A stretch of DNA of 63,437 nucleotides, filler included, from Hyphochytrium catenoides (Eukaryota; Protista; Hyphochytriomycota): the NCBI GenBank assembly GCA_900088475.1. It is 5 parts of 5 records of this genome, joined end to end, with 100 filler letters (N's around TTAATTAATTAA, not from the genome) between each part and the next. Parts side by side here need not be neighbours in the genome. Positions count along the whole stretch, not along the records: positions 33,971 to 57,856 come from FLMG01004331.1; positions 57,957 to 60,642 come from FLMG01000587.1; positions 60,743 to 63,437 come from FLMG01004577.1; 2 more parts are not named here. One strand, given 5' to 3'. The position numbers and the translations under genes are program-made. The notes beneath the pieces are model-generated. The model worked only from the letters and a program-made list of their open reading frames with translations. It was not told the origin of the DNA and did no database searches. Positions 48,357-61,309 of the stretch are shown piece by piece. Positions within the stretch are counted from its first letter, which is position 1. The number at the start of each line of letters is the position of its first letter.

Positions 48357-50703
48357 TTACTCTGTTTTCTGCTTTTTCCCTGAGGTCGCTGCTCTGTAGC
48401 TCGTCATAACATGCTTGACAATCTCCTCCACGCCGACTCCAGCCTTCACCTACAGGTGAAAGGTACTGACTCTCAACAATCCTCTAAATCGACGGAAGTG
48501 CTATACGAAGAAGGGCACAACAGACCTGGGCAAAGACTGTTGGTCCGTCTGCGCGCATCTTCTTCGCATCCCTTTTCATCACCTCCAAATCCGCGCCCAC
48601 GGCAGCCGCCAAATCAATCTTGTTCACCACCTAGACAAGTATCATTGAGATGAGAACAGCCAGGGCGAGAGGTGCCGACTAGAACTGAGCCCGGGCATGG
48701 GCTCTTGTGTGAGCGATAGTAGACGTCTTACAAGGAGGTCGGCTTGCGTGATCCCTGGCCCGCCCTTACGTGGAATCTTGTCTCCCCCTGACACATCTAT
48801 GACGTAGATGATAAAGTCCGCCAATTCCCGGCTAAAGTTTGCAGCAAGATTGTCTAGAAAGGAAAATCGGAGGAGATGAGGAGAGATAGCGGGACTGCGA
48901 CATGGGGAGAGATACCTCCTCCTGACTCCACCAGTATAATGTCAGCGTCAACAGCGGCAGTAAGTTCTTCGCAAGCCTGCAACGCAGGTGAGCGACTGCC
49001 AGGAAAGAAAGGAAGAAAAGCCGACAGAAAAGCAAAGAACCTGCAGGTTGGCGCTGATGTCCTCTCGTATGGCAGCGTGGGGACACCCTCCCGTCTCTAT
49101 AGCTCTGATCCGCTCCTCTGGTAAGGCCTTATGCTTCACAAGGAACTCTCCGTCCTCGCGAGTAAAGATATCGTTGGTAACCGCGCCAAGGCTTAGCTGG
49201 CCCCGCAGCTGCTTACATAGCTCTAGCATCAGTGCCGTCTTACTGGATGTGATCGGGCGGGAGGACAGACACACAGAGTACCAGTGAGTGAGTAAAGAGA
49301 AAGCAGACCTTGACAGAGCAGAAGTAGAAGACAAGTTAAGAGTTTCACAAGCATTTGGTGATGTTAGCTCCGTACCCGCTGCCAACCGGTCCTCCCACTC
49401 CAACAGTGAAGGCTCTCTCATCGTAGAAGCGCTGTCTCATGCGGTCGCGACTGTGAAAAGAGCCCTGATGGAGGTAGGTAGATTGCGAAAGTGAGGAATT
49501 ATTGGAAAGGAAGGGAGAGTGGCAAGTTATATAAGACAAGGAGGTGCTAGCCAGCGACGAGTGGTTAGAACACGCGGTGTTGCCAAGGCCTTGGGATAGA
49601 AGATATTGGCGTGAATGAAAGCGGAAGAAAGAGAGAGAGAGAGGGACAGAGTGAAAGGAAAGAGGGACAGAGTGAAAGGGAAGATGGACAGAAAGGGAAA
49701 GATGTGGACAGAGAAGAGAGGAAGTCTAGAAGGCAAAATGAACGCTGCCGAGGGATCAGAAAAAAAGGGCCAATTCTAGGAGCAATCAGAATTGGGTCGA
49801 GTAAACTTGTGCAGAAGAGAAAGAGCAGCTTTATCTACAGAGGTGAGGGGGGCAGACAATGTCTCACAGCGTCTTCCATATGATCGTGGGTGTGTCCGTG
49901 CTCCAGCAGCTGCCGCAGCTCATCTCCAGTAGGCTCTCGCCCCCTCGAGGCTTTGAAGCGGTCCACCAGCTCCCACCGCGTCTTCTTGACTGAGAGCTCT
50001 GGCGGTTGAAGAAAAAGAGCAAAGGGAAGCAGGAGGAAGTTAAATGTAGAGAGACGACAGCAACATTCAGACGGGCGGGAGCGTGGATCTAGTGGCATCA
50101 CTGAAGCGTCCACATCGGAGCGCGGACCCAGAGGGAGCCACTGGAGGAGAGAGAAAGAGAGCCCAGAGGGAATGGAGAGAGAGAGAGAGAGAAGGCGAGA
50201 GCAGGAAGAGAGAGTAGTAGTGTGTAGAGACACCATTTTCGGCAGGCATGTGGCAGAAGGTCCTTTAGAAGATTGAGGGAGATGCAAGAGTCACGATTGT
50301 GCGAAGGTGATGGAAGAGAGACAAGAGCGCGGGACGCGTGAGAGGCACTCTGAGGGAGAGAGAGAGAGAGTGTGTGTGAGAAGAGAGCCGCATCATCGAT
50401 ACTTCAAGCTCACCGGTCCCTTCACTATCTTCCGCATGATGGTCATGATGGTGCTCGTGGCCGTGCTCGTGGTCGTGCTCGTGATGGTGCTCGTGCTCGT
50501 GAGAGTGATGGTGGTGATCATGACTATGCCCCCGGTCGTGGCTGTGAGGCTGCTGGTGAGCAGCGTGGAGGCAGAGGTCAATACGGGACAGAGCGTGAGG
50601 AAATGGTGACTGGGTCAGCGCCCTCCACTTTTCCTCTTTTGCTCACTTGCTTGTGCACTCTCTCTGTCTCTCTCTCCGTCTCTGTCTGTCTCTCCCACCC
50701 CAT
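48357..50703 (-). CDS. ureG: Urease accessory GTPase UreG with His-rich N-terminus; multi-exon
   Basis: Spliced exons give [95 protein letters not shown] and NKIDLA. Stop at 48357-48359; the start at 50703 is tentative. Confidence 0.96.
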
Positions 50704-51720
50704 CTTCTCTTTCTCAGTGGCTCATTGTCCTTCTTACTCCTGGTTCAAGCTATTCTTCGCTTCTCCTCTCTTTCTTCATTTCCTGTCTCCGTATCTTTCA
50801 CTTCTCTTCCTCTCTTTAGTCTCCACTTGTCCAACCTCCCTTCCTTTATTTCCTTCTTTGTCCCTCTCAAAACCCCTACCGTAGGCTGTTTCCTGGTGGG
50901 TGAGGACGGCATGTTTGGGCTTGGTAGTCGAGTCTTCTCTGCCCAGAACTTTCTGTTCTTCAAGCGCGCTTCAGCTGTCAGAGTCTGTCCACAACTGGCA
51001 TTCTGGGGCTTCCGGCCCCTTCCTATCTCAGGTCTCAGGTCTCAAGCACTCCACCGGAAAAGAAGAGCGAAGAGAGGGAAAGAAAAGTGACAACAGAGAG
51101 AGAGAGAAGACAGCGAGCAGATGATGGGATAGGCAAGGAGAGACAAAAGAGAGAGAGTAAAGGAGAGAGAGAGAGAGAGAAAGAAAGAGAGAGAGAGAGA
51201 CTGAGAGAGAGAGACACACAGAGAGAGAGAGACAGAGAGAGAGAAAGAGAGACGGGGGAGAGAGAGAGGATCAGAAACTGTCGATGGCAGCTCCAAAAAC
51301 AGCTGACCCAAGACAAGCTGGTAGCCACCAAATGGCCGTTAACGCCCAGGATATCTTTCTTTCTGAGTGCAGTATCCTGACCGCTAACGGCATCCTTACA
51401 GCCCTATGCCAGTACAGGTACTCGTAGGAAGGAAGGCTCCTGCATCTCCTGCATCGCTGAGTGAACCTGACCGGCGAGAGGCAGGACAGAGGACAGAGGC
51501 GCAGAGGCTGTACGCTTTGACTGAACATAGTGAATAATTAGGACTTGAACAGCTACTTGAACGTGATGGACGTCATCTTCCTAATGACTTTCCCTCTATC
51601 TAATAAGCCACCCAATCTCTCTCTCTCTCTCTCTCTTTTTTTCTCCCTCTCATGACCAGTTCCTAGTTCACCTTGACAGCAGCTTCCCTCTTGTGGGTCG
51701 AAGGTACTCCACTTCGCCTC

Positions 51721-53400
51721 TCAGTGGCCGGAGAGGTTAATCTTCACGATGTGGATTTCTCTTTCTCTTTTCTCTTCACGCTCTGCATCATCCAGCAGGT
51801 GGTTCAGCATTGCGAGGCTGGCCTCGGGCTGGTCCTTGGGCACCATGTGGCCTGCCTCATAGACCTTCAGGAAGGAGAGTCCGCCATGTGAGCGGAACTC
51901 TCCCGCTCGCCGGCCGTTTACCGTCCACACGTTGTCCCTGTGGACATAGAGAACGAAAGTCAGTCAGGGCTTTTGGAGAGACCTGAGAAGAGAGTGGAGA
52001 GAGGGAGTGGCTTTCAGTGCTTAGACCTGAAGAGGACGAAGGTCAGAGTCTCATAGACGGTGACGACAGTATAGGGGGGAAGCTAGCTGCAGAGGATCTA
52101 TACAGAAAGGCCAGGAATGAGACCGTAGAGAGAGAGGTTGTGCCTTACTTTTTTCTACGGAAACCTTCTCTACCCGTCCATTGCAGCTGCAGAGCCCATT
52201 CCTTGATTCCGAGCCAGTTGCACTGCAGATCAGCGTCCCCAGCGTAAAGAAGCACCCGGACCCCACTCTCCAGCAGGGGCGCCACGCGCTGGTCCGAGCG
52301 CTGCATCCAGTCCGCCGCTAGCTGTGCGTTGACATCATAGTTCACTGGCGACCAACGCTTCCAATCCGCTGGGATGTTCAGCTAGAGAAGAGGAACAGAG
52401 AGACGTCAGTTACTGTTAGCTTTCTTCTACTGGAATGACCAAGTGTCAAGAGCAGATATCCTCATACCGAACTCGTGATGCATCTCGACAGGGAGAGGTA
52501 GAGAGTAAGTGGGAACAACGTTGATGAAATAATATGAATGAAAGAAGAGTGAGGAGCCACCGGTCGTCGAAGCCAGGGGAGGAACAAGAAAGATGCAAAA
52601 ACATAAAAACCTGAAAGAAAGGCATTGGCGTACCCTCTCTCTTGTTTCCTCTCTGTTCATAAAGCTATTCATCCACTCCATTGAAGGGTCCACACAGCTC
52701 ATCAGCGCATCCTGGCTTAGGTTCCGCCCGCAGAAGCGCCTCATATCGTAGGGATTAATTCCACTCTGCTGCAAGGGAGGCACTGAGAGCTTCGAGAGGC
52801 AATAGTTCCGAGCCTCTACACAGATATTTTTTTGAAGCTGTGCAGAGAGCCAGGGCAAATAGGATAAGGCGAGAGAGAGGTGCACAAATAAGAGAGGAGA
52901 GAGGATAACCAGTTAGTGGAGAGCGAGAGAGTGTGGAGTGCACATAGGCCCTGTCGTAGCAGGCTTACTGGACAGTACGGGCGTGTGGGATGGAGCAGTG
53001 AGAGACGCAGGATGCTGGCAGCATGGAACCAAAAGGCAGAGAGGAAAGCTACATTCTTCACAGAAAGAAGGTGCCCACCTGGCACCTGGCGATAAGCCCG
53101 ACACACCAGGTCGTTTGGTCCTCCATTTCCTTGAAAGTTTCCTCGCTCACCAACTTTAGATTGTAATCGTTGCGGTTCAGCAGAGTCGCGATGAACTGAT
53201 ACTGGAGGAGTGAATAGGAAACAGAGAAAGGAGAGAGAAGGCCGTGTACATTAGCGTGTCAGACGAGAGCGAGGAAACAGTGATATGTCTTTCTCTACAA
53301 AGGCGCTTTCTAACAAAACGGAGAGCATTCCATTAGGTTTCACCCTCCACTCTGATGCCCCAACTTCTATGAGCTCCCTATCCCTTCTTCTTCTTCTCCT

Positions 53401-53431
<31 letters not shown>

Positions 53432-55289
53432 NNNNNNNNNNNNNNNNNNNNNNNNNNNNNNNNNNNNNNNNNNNNTGGTCAGTCCATTGCCAATGCCTAT
53501 ACCCTTGAGATTTAGATGGATGTCTCCCTTTTGAAGGTCTTTGTTTCCCAGTAAGATGCGGTGAGCGATAGACGGGACATAATGACCTGGGAGAGGGCAG
53601 GAAACACTTATTAGGGGAGAGCTGAACAGAGTGAAAGAGAGAGAAAGAGAGACAAGGACTACAGCAAGGACCTTCAAGGAAGAGGGGAGCTAGTGATGGA
53701 GGGACTGTATGAGGAACGAAGAGAAGAGGGAAGAGCAAGAGGGTGGCCTGATGGGGAGGCGAATCGGGCGACAAGCGTTAGAGAGAGAGAGAAAGAGATA
53801 AAGGGAGATAAAGATAAAACAGAGATGAGTTTTTTTATGAACACACCTCCGTAGCTCTCCCCGAAGATGTAGAGGCTCTGCTTGGAATATTGCGGATGCA
53901 AAGCCATGAAAGCCTGAAGGAAACTATAGAGATCTGTTGCAATCCCGTCCTCATCCGTAGCCAAATCTTCGGGTGCACCATGGCTGGAGGATCGGTATCA
54001 CTTAGTGAGAGACAATGCATAAGAGGACACTTGCGGCTTCGGACGGTTGAGTAGAAGGGAGGCAGGAATTGGAAGAGACAGCGAGATAGCACAGAAACGA
54101 AGAAGACGCCAGGGGATACGTCAAAGAAGAGAGAGTGAAGGCGCAGACAAGAAAACCGACCTGTAGCCTGTCCCCGTGGGCTGATCTATCCAGATGACGT
54201 TGGCCTGTCTGTTCCAGGAGTAAGGATTGCTCTCCAGCTTAAGTTGTTCAGTGATCCGCACGGGGCCTATCGGCCGAGGATAGGTGACAGAAAGAACAGA
54301 AAAGGAAAGTCAGAGAGAGGTAGTTAGAGGGAAAGAGAGAGCTATAGTAAATGATGAGGATGGGAGGACATGGCGATTTGGGAGCGAGCTGTAGATAACC
54401 TCCAACAAGCAGGGAGTATCCTCGTGAGATGAACAATGAGAAAGGTACTCGCAACACCACTTGATAGACAGTCAGATGGACTAGGAACTTAGCACGTTCG
54501 GATTAGCTTAGGGAAGATAGCGAGGCTGGGAGAGAAGACCGAAGAGCAAGGGAGAGAATGCTGCAAGCTCTAACCATTCTCCGCTAGGAGCGCGTACACG
54601 GAAGAGGCTCCTGGTCCTCCTGAAAGCCAGACAATGACTGGATCATCTTCCGGCTTCCGACAAGATTCAAACATCCAATAGAAATACTTCTGCTCTTTCT
54701 TCCCTCGGATAGGGATTAACCCCGCTTTTTCTCTCACTGAAGAGCAGTCCAGAGGCGCGATGGTGTGGCGCGGAGAGGCGTGGAAGAGTTTTTGCCCTTC
54801 GTCCACCACCTCTGAAAGCGCCTCTGGGGGAAGCGGAAGGGGTTCCGAAAACGAGGCCCTGAGATGAGAATGATCATAGATGTTGGGAGCGGAGAAGGAT
54901 AGTCACGAGGAGAGAAAGACGGAGAGAGATGTTAGGGAGTTGTCCTAGAGTNNNNNNNNNNNNNNNNNNNNNNNNNNNNNNNACCATCCAAACATTCTGT
55001 GCCTTTCTTTCCTCGTCCCGACTACTCTGGTTCTCTCTCTCTTTTTCTTCACCTCATGGTCGATGGGCTACCTCGAGGCAGTCAGCAATTCCAGGGCGGC
55101 AGTCTGCACTGATCCATGGGAAGGAGCATGGCCGTGGCCTGGAGCGACGCAGACAGCGATGAGTAAGCCCCTCTTTGGATCGTCGTCCTGTCTCTCTCTC
55201 TTTCTCTCTTCCCTCCTTCTTTCTCCCCTCTCTTCTGGCCTTTCTATCCCTCGCTCCCTCCCTCTTCCTGCGTCTCCCTTCTCCCTCTT

Positions 55290-55333
<44 letters not shown>

Positions 55334-55629
55334 TCCTCTTTGCCGTTATCTTTCTCTTTTTTGGGGCTTCTCCAACCTCTTCATCTATTGCAACTCTCCT
55401 TGCTCTCTGCTGCAACGCTTCCTTCTCCTTCCCTTTCTTTTTCCCTCCCTCTCTTCATACCTGTCAGCACCACCACCAGCGACCCCAAGGCCAGCAGCGC
55501 TCCCGCCGCAAGAAGCTTCTTCGCTTTGTTCCTAGAGGTGAGCCGCTTATTGTGCCCAACATCGAAGACAGGACCGTCCTCTAGGGTCTCTAGCCGCTGG
55601 TACTTCATGCTTGATGTAGGCTCTCTCAT
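51721..55629 (-). CDS. Serine carboxypeptidase, family S10, with N-terminal membrane anchor; multi-exon
   Basis: YFYWMFES, VIVWLSGGPGASS, NPYSWNRQANVIWIDQPTGTGY, the catalytic Ser motif GESYGGHYVP, GIGIGNGLT, NPYDMR, LYAGDADLQCNWLG (Asp) and AGHMVPKDQP (His). Start is tentative; there are two internal N-gaps. Confidence 0.93.
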
Positions 55630-55940
55630 TGACTTGCGACACGCCTACCTCCTCCTTCTTGCCCTCTCTTCTTTTCTATGCCTCTCTTCTCGGGTCTCTG
55701 CCTTGTTAGAATTGTTCCTTGATGCGTCGGTGGCGGAAGAAGGGAGACTGAGCGGTAGAGTTGAGGTACAGCTTTTCGAAGAACGTCTTAGGGATGCTGG
55801 TAGTTGACGTCGCTTCGAACTGTAGCCTCTCGTCCCAGATTCGACCTAGTGAGACAGGAGCAGGGAAGAGGGATAGGAGGGAGAAGACGTAGGAAGAAGA
55901 CAGAGGTATATCTGGAAGAGAGAGGGAAGAGAGGGGGAAG

Positions 55941-55977
<37 letters not shown>

Positions 55978-57221
55978 GCAGAGAGAGAGAGAGAGGCAGG
56001 CTGTGGAAAGGGCGAACATTAGGTACAAAGCTCTCACCCAGCGGCCACCGCTGCTGCTCCTCAGCTGGCTGAGAGAGAGGAGGCGGGAGGAGAAGAAAGC
56101 TGAGTGGAGAGAGAAAAGTGTCCGTTATTGTGCCCTCCTCCACAACCTTTCTCTCCTCCTTTTCTCTTCTCTCTTCTCTCTCCCTCTCACCTCCTCCCTT
56201 CGTTCCATCTCTCGTCTTCTCTGTCTGACCTCTTAGAACCTCTCTTTAACCGCAATAGCTATATTACCTACCGCTCTGTCTTGTTCTTTCCTGGCTATCT
56301 CTTCTCTCTGTCTCCCTGTCTACATACAGGCCGAAAATAACAGAGGAGAGGGCACATAAAGGGATGAGAACAACACAAAGGCCCTCGCACCCCCTCGATA
56401 GTTCCAGCTTCGATACTACAACAACGCACCTATGGAAAAAGGCAACCGTTCTTCTATGCTATAGATTGTACAGTGATGTTGCTTTCTGGTCAAATTGAAC
56501 GTTATCATTATTCGAGTTAAATACGTGTTGAACGGGAATAAGGCGTTATTTTGAACTATTTATGTGGAATAAGGCTTATGTTTAGGAATTTAGGTCTTGG
56601 AAGTGAGGAGGTGATGACGAAAGATCTCCAAGACTTCTAGAGGGAGTACAAGGGTGTGCAAGTATAAAGCCTTTACTTGTAGAACTACTGAAGAGGTGGG
56701 ATATGGACTCATTCGTGGACAGGCTAGGAACTCGGTTAGAGAAATGACTATAGAGAAACTAGAGAATCGGTACAAATGTATGGCTTAATTCTCTAGCATT
56801 CTCTAGGTCGCATTCTCTAATTCTCTAGTTATTCTCTAGTTTCTCAGACTAGAGCATCTCCACTGAGAGTCTCTACGCCCGTACTGTAACTTGATTCTTG
56901 ACTTGTATACGAATATGACCGTTAGCGTCCCCCATACTGCGCTGTATGGCTGTAAAGATTTCTGGGCATGACTATCGGGATCTTGCCTGTACAAGTACAA
57001 CCTGTACACTGCGAGTCATGAGTCAGGACGGTTAACGGTCTTATATCAGGTTCCCGCCAAAAAGATTTGGCAAAACTTTATCCCATCTCACACCTCCCAG
57101 CCACCTCCCCATCCACAGAGAACTATAGCTCTACTGTAGGAATCTTAGGGTCTTATTTGCATTCTTCGCCCCGACAAGGACCAACAGCACTATTGATTCT
57201 TCTTCTCCGGGAGTGTGTATA

Positions 57222-57856
57222 TGATGTCGACAGGTCCAGCAGCAGGAGGAGCAGCCGCTCTCTTGGTTGATGATGACAAATCTTCTGTTGCAGCCTCACC
57301 ATCTCCTCGAGTCCAGCCAGCAGAGAGCTCTGGCGGCGTTCAAGATGATGCAACTAGTGGTGATGGTGGTGTTACCAACAGTATCATTGAAGAGAGGATA
57401 AAGACGGAGACTTCGATGATCAACAGCGTGAAGGCTCATGATCTCAGGAAGATGATGAAGACGGCAGACCTGACGTACTACAACTTGAATACTGAAGAAA
57501 TGAGGAAGAAGTCCTTGGCGCACCCGATCGCGGAGATTGTCAGGCCTTTGTCTGACATTAAGGATAGCATCGCCAGGAGGGCCACCACTGGGAACAGTCA
57601 TGCTTCTGTGGCTGAAGATCAAGAAGTGTCAACCAGAAAGACGAAGAATTGCACTTCTCGGCTGATAAACGTCATTTTCAGTGACGAATTTGCCCCTCGG
57701 ATTGAAGAAATGAACGGCCCTTCCTCCAGAGCAGAGATTGATGCTGGCAAGGTTAACGGCAAGTCCCGATTCTGGGCGGATGTCACTAAAGCGTTCCAAA
57801 CTGAGGAACACTCTTCGAACGCTATATATGGGAAGCTCTATGTAGAGTCGGATGAT
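57222..57856 (+). CDS. Hypothetical protein, 3'-truncated, possibly transposon-associated (Harbinger second-ORF-like)
   Basis: More than 200 codons open to the linker. The motif RLINVIFSDEF...SRAEIDAG...FWADVTKAF resembles repetitive hypothetical proteins of diatoms and oomycetes (from memory, unverified). Confidence 0.55.
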
Positions 57857-57956
57857 NNNNNNNNNNNNNNNNNNNNNNNNNNNNNNNNNNNNNNNNNNNN
57901 TTAATTAATTAANNNNNNNNNNNNNNNNNNNNNNNNNNNNNNNNNNNNNNNNNNNN
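57857..57956. other. Artificial contig linker
   Basis: N-TTAATTAATTAA-N spacer. Confidence 0.98.
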
Positions 57957-60300
57957 TCGAACGACTGACCGCCAGAGAGAGGAAGGCCAAGCAAGACGTT
58001 ACGGGTAGGAGGAAGGTGTGCATACGATCGCATCCTTTCAAGATCCAGACAGATAAACCGACAAGATAATAAAAGAAAGGGAGACGAAATAGAGCTGCTT
58101 CTGCCCATAGAGTCTCTTGGCTTACTTTTCTGTCGGCGATGGCTTGACGATACTGTCGCCCTTGCTCTTGGAGCTGTGCAGTCTGGCGCTGAACTCTCTG
58201 CAACTGGAAAGTATACCAACTGAGTCCTTCTTTCCCTCCGTCAAAACTTTCTCTGCCACTTCCTCGTATCTTCGATGATTTGGGACACATTCTCCCTCAC
58301 CATCTGTTAATTGATCCTGACTACCTTCTCCCCACTTGGTCCCCTACTGTCATTTCTCTGGTTACCTGCGCCCTGGGTCTTGACCTCTCCTAACTGCTCT
58401 TGTCCTCTTGCGCTCCCCATTTTCTCTATCTCTCTACTAGTTCTCCCTTCTTTCTTTGTTCCCTTCTCCCGTCCTCCCTCCTCCTCTCCCTCCCTGGACT
58501 CCTCTCGTTCTGTTCTCTCCTTCGTCTATAGCTCTCTTTTCTCCTTCATTATATTCTATCTCTCTCTCTCTCACGAAGTCTCTCTCTCTCTCACGAAGTC
58601 TCTCTCTCTCACACCACTCACCACGCCTTACCTCCAGTTTGGTCCTCTTCAGTTCATCGTGGATCTTCTCTCTTTTATCTCGCTCCTCATTTAGGGCATC
58701 CTTCAACTGTAGCAACTCGTTCGTTCGTTGTATGCTCTAAAGAAGAGAGAAAGTGAGACCAAGTCGAGGGACACAGGCCCAGGGGGAAGAGCAAGAAAAG
58801 ACGTGACGAAAGCTAGGGCTGACTTTAATTCAAGCAGAAAGTGAAGGAGGACTTCTCACGCTTTTTTACCTCTTGCTTCCCCATGATAGCAGTTCGCATT
58901 AGCTCCAGGCTCTTGAGAGAGAGAGAGAGAGAGANNNNNNNNNNNNNNNNNNNNNNNNNNNNNGAGAGAGAGAGAGAGAGAGAGAGAGAAGATAGAACGT
59001 GAGGTATCATCTCTGCCTTATGGAGCTAAACGTGATTGCAAAGAAATAGAGCCAGATTAGTAGATAGATTCCCAAGGAGGTTAAAGGAGAGTCCTGAGGA
59101 CGTGCAAGAGAGAGCCTTGGCTTCCTTGACGTACTATCTTCTCTTCTCTCTTCTCTGCTGCTTCCTTCTGGGCCTGGAGTGCCTGTGCAGTGCCTCTTCG
59201 AAGCTCCTTTAGCTCTGTCTCCAGTCTCTAAGCGCGACAGCAGGAAAAAGATAGAAGTAAGCGAAGCAAGTGACCTAGAGGCTTGCAGTGCGCCAGGAGC
59301 GGTGACTAAGTCTAACGAAGAGTTAAGGAAGATACAGCGCCGACAGAAAATAGGGAGATAGCGGTAGGGAGAGGAGTCAGCGAGAAGAACAGGAGAGAAA
59401 TAACCAGGGCCACAAAAAGAGCAAGAGCTTGATAGAGGATTCCAAAGCGAGAGAGATGGGAGAGAGAGCGGAGAGAAGGAAGGGGAGAGAAAGAGAAAAA
59501 GAGCAAGAAGAGATCGAGAGAGGGAAAGATTAATGAAGAGGCAAAGGGGAGGGATGGGAGAGGGGGCACCTCTTTAGTGGCTGTCAGCTCTTCTCTCTCC
59601 TCTCGAAACACCTCCACCTGCCGTGTCAGGCAGTGGACATGGCTTCGGAGTTCAAAAATCTCTTCCTCTCGCTGTCGGAGGGCGCAGCTCTGCGTCTGGA
59701 GCTTTAGGGCCGAGGAGCCTCGCAGCTCCATCATCTAAAGGCAAGCGAGAGGAGCGAGAGCAGAGAGACATAAGTTAGAATTCTATGGATTGCGGACAGA
59801 GGTAGCCTGAGAGACGAGACAGGATGTGACACGAAGTTAGAGCGACGAGCCAAAATAGAACGAAATCAGAGATAGAGAGACCAGAGAGACACACAAGGAA
59901 GTGACGAGTAAGCTAATTAGCTAGCTAGCGCGCGCGAGAGAGAGAGCTGAGAGAGAGAGAGCTGAGAGAGAGAGAGCCGAGAGAGAGAGAGAGAGAGAGA
60001 GCTGGAGAGACAGAGCCAGAGAGAGCGAGTGAGAAACAGCCCGAGAGAGCCAGAGAGAGAGATACCGGGAAGAAAGAAAGGGAGAGAAAGTACGCCTAGT
60101 TAGCCTTACGTCCAGTTCATGCAGCTGCAACTCGCTCTCCAGGGCAATCACCCTCGCCCTTAGTTCACTTGATGCACACTGCGCCGAAGTTTCCATGGTC
60201 ACTCTGTTCCTTCTTCTTCTTTCCCTCTCTTCATCTTCGTATCAGATCTCTGCCGTCTGCATCGCTGGAGGGACAGGAGGGTTCCCGCTTTCTCCTGACA
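57957..60300 (-). CDS. Partial multi-exon coiled-coil protein, unknown function
   Basis: Heptad-rich exon segments (ELRARVIALESELQLHELD; LRQREEEIFELRSHVHCLTRQVEVFREEREEL; LLQLKDALNEERDKREKIHDELKRTKLE; LQRVQRQTAQLQEQGRQYRQ) separated by CT-rich GT-AG introns. Confidence 0.6.
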
Positions 60301-60642
60301 AGAAGTCCAGTTCTTTCTCTTTCTCTTTCCTTCCCCTGTCTATAGCTGTTGTTGCCTTATATAGATAAAAGGCTGACGGTCTCTCTTCTGTCTCTCTTTC
60401 CAAACTTCTGAAGGAGTAACCGACACATCAGAATGTCTCAGAGAAGAGAGGAAAGACGAGGGAAGAACGTATGGAGTCAAGAGTATGAAAGGGAGAGTGA
60501 GAGACAAGAATAGAAGGGGAGACAGAGAGAGAGAGAGAGGAGAGCGCGCGAGGAGGCTGTTAGAGAGCATGAGTGTGCCAGAGAAGGAGAGAAAGAGCGT
60601 GCGCGAGAGAGAAGAAACAGAAAAAGAGAGAGAGAGAGAGAA

Positions 60643-60742
60643 NNNNNNNNNNNNNNNNNNNNNNNNNNNNNNNNNNNNNNNNNNNNTTAATTAATTAANN
60701 NNNNNNNNNNNNNNNNNNNNNNNNNNNNNNNNNNNNNNNNNN
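60643..60742. other. Artificial contig linker
   Basis: N-TTAATTAATTAA-N spacer. Confidence 0.98.
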
Positions 60743-61309
60743 GCCCGAGCTGCCTTGAACTCTGCAGTCGCGGATGGAAGGTCGCCAAGCTATGGAGGAT
60801 CGAGAGCAAGGACCAGTGAAAGAAGCGTCATCACCAGTTCCACCTAAGAGAAAGGATTGGACGCACCACGAAGACACAGCAGTAGTTCTAGCCAGGAATG
60901 GACAAAGGAAAGAGATGAAGAGAATCTGTGAAGAATGGACGCGCTTCCAGGAAACGAGTGACACTGTGGTATAAGGAGTTGGGGAGGCTAACGCTGCCAG
61001 AGCAAGAGCTTACGCCCAGGAGCAGTCAGAACATGAAGAGGAGCAGAATAAATACTAGCAGCGTCGCACTGACCTCAGCTTTGCAGATCGCCCGAACTAC
61101 ATGCGAAACTTCATCAGCCCATCGTGGGTAAGCGAATGACACTGCTGCGAATCTCACTCTCAGCACCTCAGTATGGCTAGGGACTTCTTCCTCCTCATAA
61201 TAAAGGGTCTCCTCTAGAGCAGATTAAGGGCAAGAGAATAGAGGAAGAACAGCAAGACGAAGTGAGACGACTAACATCAGAAGCAGAGCCAAGTAGTAGA
61301 GAGCAAGCA

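Noticed and set aside
50307-50609. Hydrophobic Val/Met-rich membrane ORF on the plus strand
   Set aside because: It is the antisense shadow of the His-rich ureG exon.
45734-50703. Urea-utilisation cluster (MFS + ureG)
   Set aside because: The transporter is MFSD8-like rather than a DUR3/UT urea or nickel transporter, and no other urease genes are present.
51028-51380. Overlapping Leu/Ser- or Arg/Glu-rich ORFs (also near 55100-56300 and 59900-60700)
   Set aside because: They arise from (CT)n/(GA)n microsatellites.
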